A stretch of DNA of 64,000 nucleotides from Stegostoma tigrinum (Eukaryota). Position 1 is the first letter of the stretch; each line of letters opens with the position of its first letter. A program made the position numbers and the translations under genes. The notes under the pieces are model-generated. The model was given only the letters and a program-made list of their open reading frames with translations, was not told where the DNA came from and did not search any database. The DNA lies in NCBI RefSeq assembly GCF_030684315.1, contig NC_081379.1, forward strand, positions 44,969,404 to 45,033,403, in the 5' to 3' direction. Positions 1 to 12,400 of the stretch are shown in pieces.

Positions 1-430
1 ATGCCTCCAACTGTTTCTTGATATCACATGGAGTGATTTGAATTGGCTGAGTTCTGGCATCTGTGACACTGGGGACCACTGGAAGAGGCTGAGATGGAGT
101 ATCAACCTGGCATTTTTGGCTGAAGGCTGCTGTAAATACTTCAGCCTAACATTTGCACTGATGTGTTGGTCTCTTCCATCACGCAGCAAGAGAGCATTTG
201 GCGAGCCCTTTTCCTCTAGTGACCACTGCCATTCTCAAATGGATATGGCAGGACTGCAGAGTTTAGATCTGATCTGTTAGTTGTGGAATAGATTAGCTCT
301 GTCTAATACTTATGCTGTTTGGCCTGTAAGTAATTCTGTTTGGTAGCTTCTTCAGGTTCACATCTCAATTTTAGGTATGCCTAGTGCTGTTTCTGGCATA
401 CTCTCCTACACTCTCCATTGAATTAGGGTT
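1..430 (-). mobile_element. Decayed CR1/L2-clade LINE (family B), ORF2 fragment
   Basis: Sequence recurs at 33700-33900, 38900-39060, 40400-40750 and 53030-53430. Those copies adjoin minus-strand APE (WIGDFNIH) and RT (SNPENYWPITLL) remnants. Confidence 0.6.
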
Positions 431-928
431 AACAAGCCTCACCAAAATCTACAGATGCACAATTGAAAGCATATTGTCTGCATAATGGCCTGTATGGCAG
501 CTGCTCTGCTCAGGAGCTTAGGAAACTACAGAAGGTGGTGTGTACAGCCCAAACCATCATGGAAGCCAACCTTCCATCTATGGATTCGAATTACAAGCTT
601 GCTGCCGCAGAAAGGCTGCCTGCATCATCAAAAACCCATCACACGCTGTTAATGATCTCCTACAATCTCTTCTGTCAGGCAGAAGATACAGAAGCCTGAA
701 CACACACACCAGCAGATTCAGGAACTGCTTCTTCCTGGATGTTTTTAGACTGATGAATGGACTCTCTTGCCTCCAATCATGGTGATCTTGCTAACGTTGA
801 TCTCGCTTTGCGCACGCTCTATTTAAATTTTTTTGATCTGTACACCCTTGCTCATTATGATCTGCCTGTACGGCTGATAAACAAAGCATTTCAGTACTTT
901 GGTACATGTGACAATAAATCAATCAATT
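431..928 (+). mobile_element. Rex1/Babar-type LINE 3' end
   Basis: Frameshifted peptides YGSCSAQELRKLQKVVCTAQTI and RKAACIIKNPSH..LLSGRRYRSLNTHTSRFRNCFF..FRLMN, typical of the Rex1/Babar RT C-terminus. Ends in AATAAATCAATCAAT. Confidence 0.7.
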
Positions 929-939
929 CACTGGTAATG

Positions 940-1253
940 ATTAGATTCCCTACAGTGTGGAAACAGGCCCTTCAGCCCAACAAGTCCACTCTGCCCCCTT
1001 GAAGCATCCCACCCAGACCCTTCCCCCTATAATTCACACACACTCCTGAACGCTACGGGCAGTTTAGCATGGCCAATCCACCTAGCCTGCACATCTTTGG
1101 ACTGTGGTAGGAAACTGGAGCACCCGGAGGAAACCCACGCAGACACAGGGAGAATGTGCAAACTCCACACAGACAGTTACCCGAGGCTGGAATCGAACCC
1201 GGGCCCTGGCGCTGTCAGGCTGCTGTGCTAACCACTGAGCCACCGTGCTGCCC
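940..1253 (-). mobile_element. tRNA-derived V-SINE (HE1-like) with CR1-type tail
   Basis: Minus strand shows A box TGGCTCAGTGG, B box GGTTCGATTCC and V-domain GTGGAGTTTGCACATTCTCCCTGTGTCTGCGTGGGTTTCCTCCGGGTGCTCC. Confidence 0.85.
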
Positions 1254-2470
1254 ACAATGTTTGAGATGGGCACATGCTGGGCCAAGAGGTTGCAGACTGT
1301 ACTGGAGTATAATTCTGTTACAACTGATGGCCCACAGCACCACATGGATGCCATGTGTTGAGTTGCTAGATCTATTGCAGTCTGTCTGATTTAGCACAGT
1401 GATAGTGCCACACAACACGATGGGAGGTATCCTCAATGTTAAGGTAGGACTTCATCTCCACAGTAACTGTGCAGTGGTCACTCTTACCATTACTGTCATG
1501 GACAGATGCATCTTAGCAGGCAAATTGGTAGGGATGAGGTGAAGTATGATTTCCGTCTTGTCCGTTCCCTCACCACCTGTTACAGATCTGCTCCAGCAGT
1601 TATGTCCTTGAGGACTCAACCAGCTTGATGGGTAGTGTTGCTGCTGAGCCACTCTTGGTGATGGACATTGAATTCCACCTCACAAAGCATATTTTGTGCC
1701 TTTGCCGCCCTCAGTGCTTCCACCAAGTGTTATTCAACATGGAGGAAGTACTGATTCATCAATTAACGGATGACAGTACATAGTATTCAGCAGGAGGTTG
1801 ATTTGCTTATATTTAACCTGAAGCCATGAGATTTCATGGTGTCCAGAGTCAACGTTGCCAAAGGCAAATTCCTCCTGACTGTGCATCAAGGTGCCACCAT
1901 CTGTGTCGGTCTCTACTCCTGTTGGGACAGGATTCGATTCTTCCAGGGATGGCAATCATGTTGTCTGGGACATTGTCTGTTAGGTATGATTCCGTGAAGA
2001 TTATTATGTCAGGCTGTTGTTTAATTAATCTGTGAAACAGCTCTCCATATAGTCATGAGGACTTTGTCGGGTAAACAGGGCTATTTCTGCCATTGTTTTT
2101 TCTGGTGCCTGGGTCAATATCAGGTGGTCCGCCAGTTTTCATTTCTTTGTTGAGAGTTCGTAGTGAATTGGTACAATGGGTGGCTTGCTGGGTCATTTCA
2201 GAGGGCAGTTAAGTATCAACCACATTGCTGCGTATCTGGAGTCAGATACAGGCCAGATCAGGTGTGGATGGCATATTTTCCTTCTCTGAAGGACATTATG
2301 AACCTATAGAGTTTTTCCAACGATTGACAATGGTTTCTTCGTCATCAGGAGATTCTTAATTCCCCATTTTGTTTTTTGAATTGAAATTCTACCACCTGTC
2401 ATGGTGGGATTTAAATCTGGGTGCCCAGAGCATTGATTAATAGTCACTAGACTATTAATACCACTACAAC
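1254..2470 (-). mobile_element. Decayed CR1/L2-clade LINE (family B), endonuclease and 5' region
   Basis: Colinear with 39080-40190 and 53450-54460; continues the 1-430 fragment across the Rex and SINE insertions. Confidence 0.6.
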
Positions 2471-2479
2471 ACCAGTCTG

Positions 2480-3560
2480 TCATGTTTGCATTGGCGTTTC
2501 AAACGGATAATGTCTGTCAATTCATGGAATGTTGGATGTGTTGTAGGCAGTTAGCTTATCGTGTGTGGACAGCACAACATTGCGTCAGTTGACTGACTGC
2601 ATCACATGTAAGAAGTGTAAAAGGATGATATTTGCACTAGTTCAAGTGTCAATTTTGGTATATAGTATATCACTTGGATGGAGGTAAAGGCTTCACTTTT
2701 CACTTTTACTGATGGACTCCACGTGGACTCCCATGTACTGACTGGGGTGAGCAGGTTAAGGTTGTGGTTACTGTTTGACTTTGTTGACATGTTTGTGTAC
2801 ATGTATGGAATGTTTGAATCTTTGGCATTGTACCTTGATTGGTTAGTCCTTCTTCACATGCTGCTGTGGAGCACTGTGCTGTACTTGGGGTTTCTCTGTA
2901 GAGTTAGGCTTTCTGTATACCTTTGTACTCTTATGGAAGAAAGCTCACAAATACCACAAAATGCTGTACACTATTTTGATGCATGAGACAAGCCACAACT
3001 CATGCAAGATTTTGATGTTCTAGTGACCCTGTTCATGGCTACAATAGATGTTCTAGAGGCCAACACTTGCATTTGCTGCTGTCCTGCTACATTCTCTTCA
3101 AAAATGTCACCTTCTCCTATTGGTGTCAATTGTGTAATCTGGTTTTGTCCAGAACTCATTTTCTGGAGAATTTGATGGCACTAACCAGTTTCTTAAGTCT
3201 TTCAGCTAAGTTGTCTTTTGTGAAACTATATTCTGTAGCGTTGTGACAACACTTGCCTATAAATTGGTCAATCATTTCAGTTGGCTGTGGGCAATACATG
3301 AAGTCAAACCTGTGTATCCTGAAACAGACTTGAATTTCAAATTGGTCTTATAAAAATCTGAAAGTGCTTTTCAGAATCTCTATAGTTACTGTCAGAAATC
3401 TCAAGATTTTTATTCTTCTTAACTCTTCGGTACCCAAAGAGAGAAGAGATTTGAGAGTTTGACTTTATCAGTTATTTGCTGATCTAAAGATTTAGAAAAC
3501 CTTAGTTCTGACAGAATGAAAAAGGATTGCCAGTCCATGTTATGTGTTTTCTTTCTATGT
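2480..3560 (-). mobile_element. Gypsy-like LTR retrotransposon remnant (gag and protease)
   Basis: Minus-strand FRIHRFDFMYCPQPTEMIDQFIGKC (gag-like), decayed knuckle CMSCGLSHASK*CTAF and KIDT*TSANII (protease DTG-like) at about 2625-2670. Confidence 0.55.
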
Positions 3561-4394
3561 TTGGCTCTTTAAAATGCTAGTGTAAGAATCTGCAATGCAG
3601 TATAGGGCTTTTCTGTGTTCCTGTTAGCTTCTATAACTTTTTTAAAAAAATACTGCTGCTTTCAGGTCTTTTCAGCACCTTTTAAACTGCTATTTAACCA
3701 AAATTGGATCAGCAGCCTTTTGGATTTGTTGATTTTTAAAAGAGAGACAAGGAGTACTCACTATGTTTCAAAATACAGCAGTGATAAATGGAGACTGGTC
3801 AGGAATTAAAGTTACAAACAGGGCAGACTGAAGTCTCTGATGGTGACTTTAGAACTGAGCAGGTGAACAGCTGCAAGAACTCTATAGATAAACTATAAGT
3901 GTTGTCTAGATGTCTGAGAGACTATAAAAGGAGTGAAAGATTACATTTGGATTGAGAACACATGCCATGGGTTAATGGGAAGTTAGCAGTCAAACTCCAC
4001 CAGGGACAGTACCAATGCACTACAAAAACAGCCTCAGCACTGGACTTTGTGCTATGTTGTTCCAGCTAGTTTCCCAACACCTGCAATTTAAAAGTCCTAA
4101 CTTGCTGTTTTTTTTTTAAAATTGTCCCTCCCTCTGCCCAATTTGTGTCCTCCTTCAGTCCTACAAAAATCTTCCAATCCACTGGCCATGACCATTACTC
4201 ACCATTTAGGACTAACCCCTCCTAATACTTCTTTATTTCTGAAGACAGCCTTCCGACCTCGAGTTGCACTTGGGACTTTTCCTGTGTTAAATTAAGGCTG
4301 TTCAAAGTAGATTTTGTTGCGGATAGTGGAGACCCATTTACCTGTACGGTGCAATGTTGATTACAGGCGCTTTACGGAGGAGTAGGCCGCGGGT

Positions 4395-4408
4395 GTTGCT
4401 ATGGCAAC
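4395..4408. promoter_or_regulatory. RFX X-box
   Basis: GTTGCTATGGCAAC, a near-perfect match to the palindromic RFX site GTTGCCATGGCAAC, 113 nt upstream of the ATG of a motile-cilia gene. Confidence 0.8.
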
Positions 4409-4520
4409 TGAGCCAAGCCGCGAGCCGAGCTTTCAAACATTCACCAGCGAAACATCGGAGTGTGAGCTCGACTTCTGAGCCCTTGGAGCTTCGCAGTTGC
4501 TGTTTTAAAAAAGAGAGAAA

Positions 4521-4719
4521 ATGGCTCACACGAGAATTTCTGCCAAGTATCCTCCTCACATCGACCCGACCAAGGCGCCCATTGCCTTCGGGGACCGCGC
4601 TTTGCCCAAGCTGAAACGGGAGCTAGCGGATCCCGATCTCCTGGTCCGGCAACGGGCCCTCATGGCTCTGTGTGACTTGCTGCACGACCCCGAGTTAGCT
4701 TACACGGCGGTCGAGGTCG
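4521..4719 (+). CDS. RSPH14: Radial spoke head 14 homolog, coding exon 1
   Basis: MAHTRISAKYPPHIDPTKAPIAFGDRALPKLKRELADPDLLVRQRALMALCDLLHDPELAYTAVEV resembles the RSPH14/RTDR1 N-terminus. 199 nt, donor G|GTAAGT, phase 1. Confidence 0.92.
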
Positions 4720-6165
4720 GTAAGTGAAGGCCCTCTTCACTACTTGCACAACACACAATTAAGAAAAGGGAAGGTGCCAGTCAGTTTGGAGGAACTGCAG
4801 GGCGCCGAGGAAGTTGGGTGTATCAACATGGTCCCTTGTCTGCTTCATTCCTTAACTTAGCTGCTCAATAAACGTGACTTGTACAAATGCATTTGTACAC
4901 ATTATCTACTTATTATAACAATAGGTATCTATTACATACGAAAAATAAATCCGTTATCGTAGACGTAGATTAACCGAAGAAAGGTTTCGTCGTCAAGGTA
5001 TGTAGGCACTAATAAAAAGAAACTAATAATTGGAAATTAACTTCTGGTCCTACTCCATTGTGAAGTATAAGACTTGTCAAACCAATATGCCTTAGTTGCC
5101 AGTTTTACAGTTTTCTTTCTAAGGCGAAAATTAAGGCCAACTCTCAGATTACTGCTTCACTTCCCAGACTTACCATTAACACTAACCCCTAAATCTCTCT
5201 GGAGAGATTTTTCAGTGACAAAATACCATGATCGAGCGATGCCAGTCATTTTCATTTCGATTCCATACCTCCAAGCCAAATCCATCAGCATCCCTATTAT
5301 TGTCTCAGGTTGAAATCCCATTTACACATTTTTTGGGAATGTCTGCTGAATGTTTTATTCAACATCCAGTTTATCACGTGCAACATGTCCAGCTAATTGG
5401 GGTCTCAACTTTTAAGATTGAATTTTCCAAAACTGCTGGTTCAATCCTTCAAAAATAACAGTTGCTGTTGAATTTGGGAACTTGAGTATTGTCCTACATT
5501 GATTGATGGTCACTAAGCACTCCTGCCCTTCCATAATTTCCTGTGCCCAATGATCCAGTTTTCCAATCCTTGGTTTATCCTATTTTGAAGAATGTTCAGA
5601 ACTGAGGAGGACACCCAGCAAAGCAAACTAAGTGCAAACAGCAGCCTTTTGGAATCCTCTTGGATGCAGATCAGGAGTACAATCGCCAAAAAAAACTGAC
5701 ACTAGCTACTTTCCAAGTTGATGTTATTAAAATGCACTGTCAAAGAAAACATGCTGCATAAAAATAAAGAAAGATTACAGAGAATATTGCCAGTCACTGA
5801 TTATATATGCAATGAAATTTGGAAAGAAATGTATCTATATAACTTTGATCAATTAATTGCTGTTGCATCTCTTTACTTCTATAATTTTGAATGACAGGTT
5901 ATTAAGTATGCATCCTTTCAGTAGAAGAGAAATAAAAACTTAGTGGTAAGGTGGAAGCACAACATTTAATAAAAAGTATAACTTGTAATTGGAAACAATG
6001 CAAAGAACAGAATTATGCTTTTTAAAATTCACTCATGGGGTGAGAGAGTGTTGCTGGCTGGGCCAGCATTCGTTACCCAACCTGAGTTTCCCTTGAGAAG
6101 GTGGGAGTGAGCTCTTTCCTGTGGACAATTGTTCATTGATTACCTTCCTTTGAACCTGCAGTATT

Positions 6166-6690
6166 TAAGACCATAAGATGTATGAGGAACAGAAATTGAA
6201 CCTGCTCCACCATTCAATGAGACCACAGCTATAAACACTCAACTCTACTTTCCTGCCTTTTCCTCATATCCCTAGACTTTTGTTGATTAAAGATCTGTTT
6301 CAGCCATCAATATTCTTCATGACCAAGTCTCAACAGCCCTCTGTGGTTAAAAGAAATCTATGTATTCACTACTCAGACGTAATCCTGCTCATCTGTCTTG
6401 AATGAGTGACCTCATTCTGACTTAGTCAGAAATTGTATCCTCTTGTTCTAGACTCTCCTACATGGGATAGTCTGTACAACTATCCTAACAAGTCCTCAAA
6501 GGATTTCAGGTTTTAATAAGGTCATCTCTCATTCTCCTAAACATCAATCATAAAACAATCCCTTCATACCCTGGATTAGCTGAGTGAACTTTCTTTGGCT
6601 TGCCTCCAGTGCCAGTATATCTTTCCTTAGATAAAGTGACCAAAGTTGTTTGCACTACTGTAGTGTGGTCTGATTTGTGCTTGTATAGTT
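6166..6690 (-). mobile_element. CR1 LINE 3' fragment
   Basis: Reverse-complement similarity to the CR1 3' ends at 26900-27480 and 38400-38900. Confidence 0.6.
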
Positions 6691-6691
6691 T

Positions 6692-7545
6692 TAAAGTTTG
6701 AGAAATTTGTAGCTTGGCTTCTGGATGAGGTTGCAGACTTTGCTTGTGCAGCCAGTGTGTTTGATTGCATACCTTTGGCCACCCTGCTAGGTTACATGGT
6801 CAGTGTGCCTCTGTGAAGCATCTGTGTTCTATCCTGAGATGCTGCTTGGCCTGCTGTGTTCATCCAGCCTCACATTTTATTATCTTGGAATCTCCAGCAT
6901 CTGCAGTTCCCATTATCTGTGTTCTATCCTGCTTGTTATTTGTGTGCCTTGGTTTACTGGAGTGGTTGATGTTACTTCTAGTTCTGTTTTGCAGTAATTT
7001 GTATATCAGAACCAGTTCAATGTGTTTGATGGAGTTTTTTGTTGGAATGCCAAGTCTCCAGGAATTCCCTGACATGTCTAATACCCACAACCAATAAAAC
7101 TAATATAACAAAATACCATGCAAGGATTGAGAGAACCATTGCATAGGCCAAACTGGAAGAAAACTGGCAATAATGATACATGAACATTAACTAGACACCT
7201 AGAGATATGACCAATTCTCACTGGTTTCAATACACATGGACAAAGAAGGATGCAAATGTGATTGGGACAACACATCCATAATAGTACAAGCCAAACAGAG
7301 ACATGCCAGAAAATTCCTGGAGGCCTGGCATTCCAACCAGAACTGTCAACAAACACATTGAACTGGACCCAATATACAGACTACTGAAAAACAAAACCAG
7401 AAGTAATACCAACCACTCCAGCAAACTTAGGCATATAAATAAGGTAGAGTACCAAAGCTTCACCAGCAGTGCACTGACAATGTTATCTAGAAGGGTGGCA
7501 AAATGTCTGCAATCAAACATATTGGCTCCGTGAACAAGTCTGTAG
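6692..7545. mobile_element. Penelope-like element (Poseidon-type) with inverted arms
   Basis: 6692-7080 is the diverged reverse complement of about 7298-7545. GIY-YIG C-terminus RKFLEAWHS..NKHIELDPIY is present. Confidence 0.7.
6837..6914 (+). mobile_element. Short PLE (Neptune-type) 3' tail with 17-bp TSD
   Basis: Flanked by ATCTGTGTTCTATCCTG at 6820-6836 and 6915-6931; near-identical to the tails at 13208-13290 and 47998-48050. Confidence 0.8.
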
Positions 7546-7549
7546 AGTT

Positions 7550-8770
7550 TTATTTAGTAAGGCTTCCGAAATTTTATCCTGTAAAGCCTTTGAAATAAAG
7601 ATCAAGATTCCATTTGCCTTATGAGTTACCTGCTGAATTTATAAGCTAGCTTTTCATGATTCATGCACAAGGATCCACATAGCTCTGTGTTGCAGCTTCC
7701 TGCAGCCTTTCTCCCTTTAAGTATTATTCAGCTCCTCTGTCCTTCTTGCCAAAGTGCATAACCTCAAATTTTCTCACATAATATTTCATCTATTAAGTTT
7801 TTGACCATTGTTGTTAAGGCCGTGAGGCCCTTCAAGTCTGCTTCACCATTCAATCATGGCTGATAAGTTCTCAACCCCATTCTCCTGCTTTCTCCCCATA
7901 GGTTCTTGATCATCAAGAACCTATCTGTCTCAGTCTGATGACCTGGCCTCTGCAGTCTTCTGTGGTACTGAATTCCATAGATTCACCAGTCTCTGGCTGA
8001 AGTAGTTTCTCCTTATCTCCGTTATAAAAAGGTCTTCCCTTTACTCTAAGGCTGTGCTCTCAGTTCCTAGACTGTCCAGCAATGAAGCATCTTCCCAACA
8101 TCCACTTAGACCAGGCCATTCATATTTTGAAAGTTTCAATTCAATTCCCCCTCATCCTTCTAAACTGCAATGAGTATAGTACCAGAGTCCTCAAATATTC
8201 CTCATATGTTAAACTTTCCATTCCTGGGACCATTCTCGTGAACCTCCTCTGAACTTGTTCCAGGGCAGCATATCCTTCCTGAGATATAGGGCCCAAAACT
8301 GGCCATAATACTCCAAATGTGGCCTGACCAGCACCTTTTAAAGCCTCAGTAGTACATCCCTGTTTTTATGTTCAAAGTCCTCAAAAAAATGCCAACATTA
8401 CACTTGCCTTCCAGAATACTGACTCAACCTGCAAGTAACCTTGCAAGAATCCTGGAAGAGAACTCCCAAGTCTGTTTGCACTTCAGACTTCTGAATTTTC
8501 TCCCCATTTAGAAAATAGTCCATGCTTTTTTTTCTTACCAAAGTGCATGACCTCACACTTTCCCCACATTGTACTCCATCTGCCACTTCTTTGCCCACTC
8601 TCCTCACCTGTTGAAGTCCTTCTGCAGCCTCACCGCCTCCTCAATACTACCTGAACTATCACTACACCTTTGTAAATTCAATGCCATCTTCACCATTTGT
8701 CTTCCCAGCAATTTTTTGCTTTACCTTCAAACTTGGCAATAGAACATTCATCTCCTTGTCCAAGTCATTA
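7550..8770 (-). mobile_element. CR1 LINE fragments (RT C-terminus and 3' UTR), nested
   Basis: Minus-strand YFLNGEKIQKSEVQTDLGVL, a CR1 ORF2 motif. Confidence 0.7.
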
Positions 8771-8940
8771 ATATATATTGTAATGAATTGTCACCTTAAC
8801 TGTCACTTTACATTCTGATGCTAAGCTTCAAGTTTAGGCTGCCCAGATTTTACCTGCAGACACCAAGGCAGAGAAAACATTCTGCACTTGCTTCAGCATT
8901 TTTATTCTCTATTTCAAACTAAACAAAACTGATATAGTAT

Positions 8941-9134
8941 CAAAACTGCTAAAACAACACCACAGGTGTGGCAGCTTGTGTGGTGAGAAAGCAGAGTTAA
9001 GATTTCAGGTCCAGTGACCCGGAGTTCTGAAGGGCCACTGGACCTATAATGTTAACTCTGCTTTCTCTCCACTGATGCTTTTAACCTGCTGAGATTTTCC
9101 AGCAGTTTCTGTCCAAAGTTTTTTTTATTTAAAG
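8941..9134. mobile_element. Miniature fold-back PLE-tail element with 12-bp TSD
   Basis: Inverted arms at 8985-9020 and 9031-9066, extending imperfectly outward. CTGATATAGTAT is duplicated at 8929-8940 and 9135-9146. Confidence 0.65.
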
Positions 9135-9477
9135 CTGATATAGTATTTGTATGAAGTCCCCTCATTTTCAAAAACTCTTACTGATTTCCTCATCCAAATA
9201 TGACTGCTTTCCCAGTCTTTTGTCTTCTAGAGTTCCTGTTACTATTATTAATACTATTTCTCCTAATTCTCTGGTTTTCCTTGCTTAAACTAATTGAACT
9301 CCTGTGGCACTGCTCCTGTACCAAAAAGTTAAATATACAATGTTATATACATTTTACAGTGTAATTTTACATTTGTTATTCCACTGTTCATTTACTATTA
9401 TTAGGCATACCTTTAGAATGTTGCAGAACATTGAAGCCCCCCCCAGACATGGTAACATTCTATTTGCTGACCATAAG

Positions 9478-12400
9478 TGAAATAACTCCAGAGACCATCT
9501 TCCCATCACCAAATCACCCTGCATTTACACCTACATAGTAGTTGACACCTTTTTTATATCTGTCAGCGAGGACTTCCTGATTGGACCAAATTAACAACCT
9601 TCATCAGGTAACTGATATTCAATGACGTCCACCTGGCTAACCTCATTACAATCATTACATCCCTCCCACTCTAGGCCTGAGGACATAAGCCAATTCTTCT
9701 TACTATAGTTCCTCCGACACTGTCTTTGATACAGATGGCGTATTACACGCAGTAGCTCGCCTCTTGGGCCCAGAGCATCTTGGAAGAAACTCATTCTACT
9801 CTTCATGCGGCAAAGTGATTGAGATGATGAGATCTGCTGTGTCCATCTCAGATTTAGAGTTATCTTCAATGCTTGATGGAGATGGAGAGCCCACGGGTTC
9901 TGGAACAGTTGGAAAGGCAGTTGAGAAGCCGAGCATGCTTTGCTCCTGAACGTTAAACTTTGCAGCTTTCATATGGTCATCGTGTTTGTTCAGGACCATC
10001 GCACTAACCTGGAACTTTAATGACCCTGGACCTTTCATCGATCATGCCTCTTATCCGTATAGAGCCATTCCCGTGTATCCACACTAAACTTTATCCCCTG
10101 AAGTAAACTGTCTGTTTTCATTTGATGGAGTCTTGTATCCAACATTGGTGTTCCTGATGCTATTTCACTCCCCGGCCCCAGGTATGGGAAGATCAGATTT
10201 AGCCTGAGTGAAGTGTTCTCCCCATTAGCAACTCTGCTGGAGCTGTCCCTGTAGTTGTAGAAGGGGTGGTCTGATAATCAAATTGGAACCGGGGCAGTAG
10301 GTATCTCGTGAAGCTGTAGCCTGTTTCTTTAAGCCTGCTTTCAAAGTTTGGACCACTCTTGCTGCCAGACCATTGGATGATGGATAGCATGGAGCAATCA
10401 TTATGTGACAAATAGTATTCGACTTCAGGAAATACTGAAATTTTCTGCTGGTGTACCATGACCTATCATCAGTGGACAATGCTTACAGGAGTCTGTGTAT
10501 TGTAGTAATTGCACACAGTTTTCTATCATCATCCCTGTGTTTGAACTCTATGCAAGTCCAGCCCTTGATGACCCTGTTGAAGTTCAGCCAGTGTCTGGCA
10601 GCGACTTTTGCTCAGGACAATCACTCTTGCTCCTATAATAATATGCCATCCTCTGCTGTGATCTGGTCTCTTCGACCCAAAAAAGTTTCAATTCTTGTTG
10701 TCTTTAGTGTCCCCCATCTTCACCTGCTGTTTCAGTATGGCCAGGACCGGATATTTCAGTGTGCAAAGTCTGATATTGTCAGCTGTGACTGGAAGTGTAT
10801 CCAGAGAATCTAAAATAATTATGGACTTTTCCAGTGGCAGTACAATGGCAGTGTATCTACCAGTGGGAGATGGCTCAATGCATCTGTAATTGTAACTTGG
10901 CCTCATGAACAGTGTACCAGTTTGTAATTACGTATACTTAGAATTAGAACCCACCACTGAATTCAGCGTGAAACTTTAGGCAGCACTGCATTGACCTCTT
11001 TAAGTCGAACCAGCTGCGGTTTGTGGTCCGTTATTACAAATTTCTGCCCATAAAGGTGCTGGTGGAATGTCCTGACTCCAAATTTGATGGCCCAACCATC
11101 CTTCCTTATCTGGGTGTATTTACACTGTACATTAGTCAAAGTCCTGGATGCATCTAATATTTCCTGTTTCTCACCATTGGGCCACCTATGAGCTAATACT
11201 ATCCTGAAGCCATACGGGGAGGCATCGTGTGTCAATGTCAGCTCTGGCTCAGGATCATAGTGTGCCACGATCTTAGAGGATGTTTCTTTACTTCCCTTAA
11301 AGATATGGCTTGGCTATGTGACCATTTCCGAGGCTGTGCCTTTCTTAAAAAATTATACAAAGGTTCCAGGATGGAGGCCAGGTTATATGTGAACTTTCCA
11401 CACTTGTTCACCAACCCAAGGAAAGACCTAAGCTCCAGTACAGACATTGGAGCTGGGGCACCTTTGATCGCCTTCACTTTTTCTAACGTATGTAATCGGT
11501 TTTGTCAACTCCATAGCCCAAAAGTAGTTAACTTGGGCTGCCTGGAACACGTATGTTTTCCTTGTGAAGTGTTCACCTGTCTGGGAGAAATGTTTAAGGA
11601 GTATGTCCGAGTTCTCTGAATGCTCCTTATTGGTCTTGCCTGTTATTAGCAAGTTATGTAGATAAATGGTAACCTGGGGTAGACCTTGTAAAATACCCCC
11701 CATCCTCATATATTGGTACAAATCTTTACGGGTATTAATGACAGTTTAATTCTGAGAATCCTGATATAACTGCAATTGCAACTACTTATGGCTCCTATCA
11801 GTGCCCCACCAGCTTTGAATATGAGTCCTCTATGCGAGTGTTCGGGTATTTATCCAGCTGAAAAAGTGGCTTACCATTTGTTTAAAACCCCACAAAGGTG
11901 AACTGACTTGTCGGACTTCACAATTGGTGTGACCGGTGCTGCTCATTCTGCAAACTGAACTGGTTTGATGATTATTTGGCTTTTCAGGTTTTTTATTTCA
12001 GCCTCTACTTTTGCTCATAAGGCAAATGGTACTTGGCAGGCTTTGCAGGTTCAAGGAATTGCTTCCAGGTCAACCTATAAGGTGGCCTTGGTTCCTTTGA
12101 TAGCCCCTAGTCCTTCCTGAAAAACCTCCGGGTATTTCATTATGACTTTACTTCGACATTTTCTAATTGAAAAATGTGGAACCAATCTCGATTAATCTTT
12201 CTCAACCAATTTCACCCCATCAATCTTTGGCCTAAGCCCTTTATTACAATCAGCGGCAACTGAACCACCTTCTTCTCATAAGAGACCGGAACTGAAGTTA
12301 TACCCTTAATCTATAAAGGTTCCCAGATATCGGCTCTCAGTCTAGCTAAGATCTTGCACAAACATAACGTTTGGGGTCCTGAGTGAATTTTGTTAAAGAC

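Larger units (their letters stand above)
4310..4810. promoter_or_regulatory. CpG-rich promoter / first-exon region of RSPH14, possibly bidirectional
   Basis: Local CpG enrichment against CpG-poor flanks; contains the X-box, the RSPH14 ATG and a minus-strand CAG|GTAAAT donor at 4342/4341. Confidence 0.65.

Noticed and set aside
1180-1253. tRNA gene
   Set aside because: The A and B boxes are the head of a SINE followed by a V-domain and LINE tail. The tRNA-like pieces near 27670, 56660 and 61180 are likewise treated as SINE remnants.
4338-4614. ORFs overlapping the RSPH14 start on both strands
   Set aside because: By-products of the GC-rich promoter and exon; no homology recognised.
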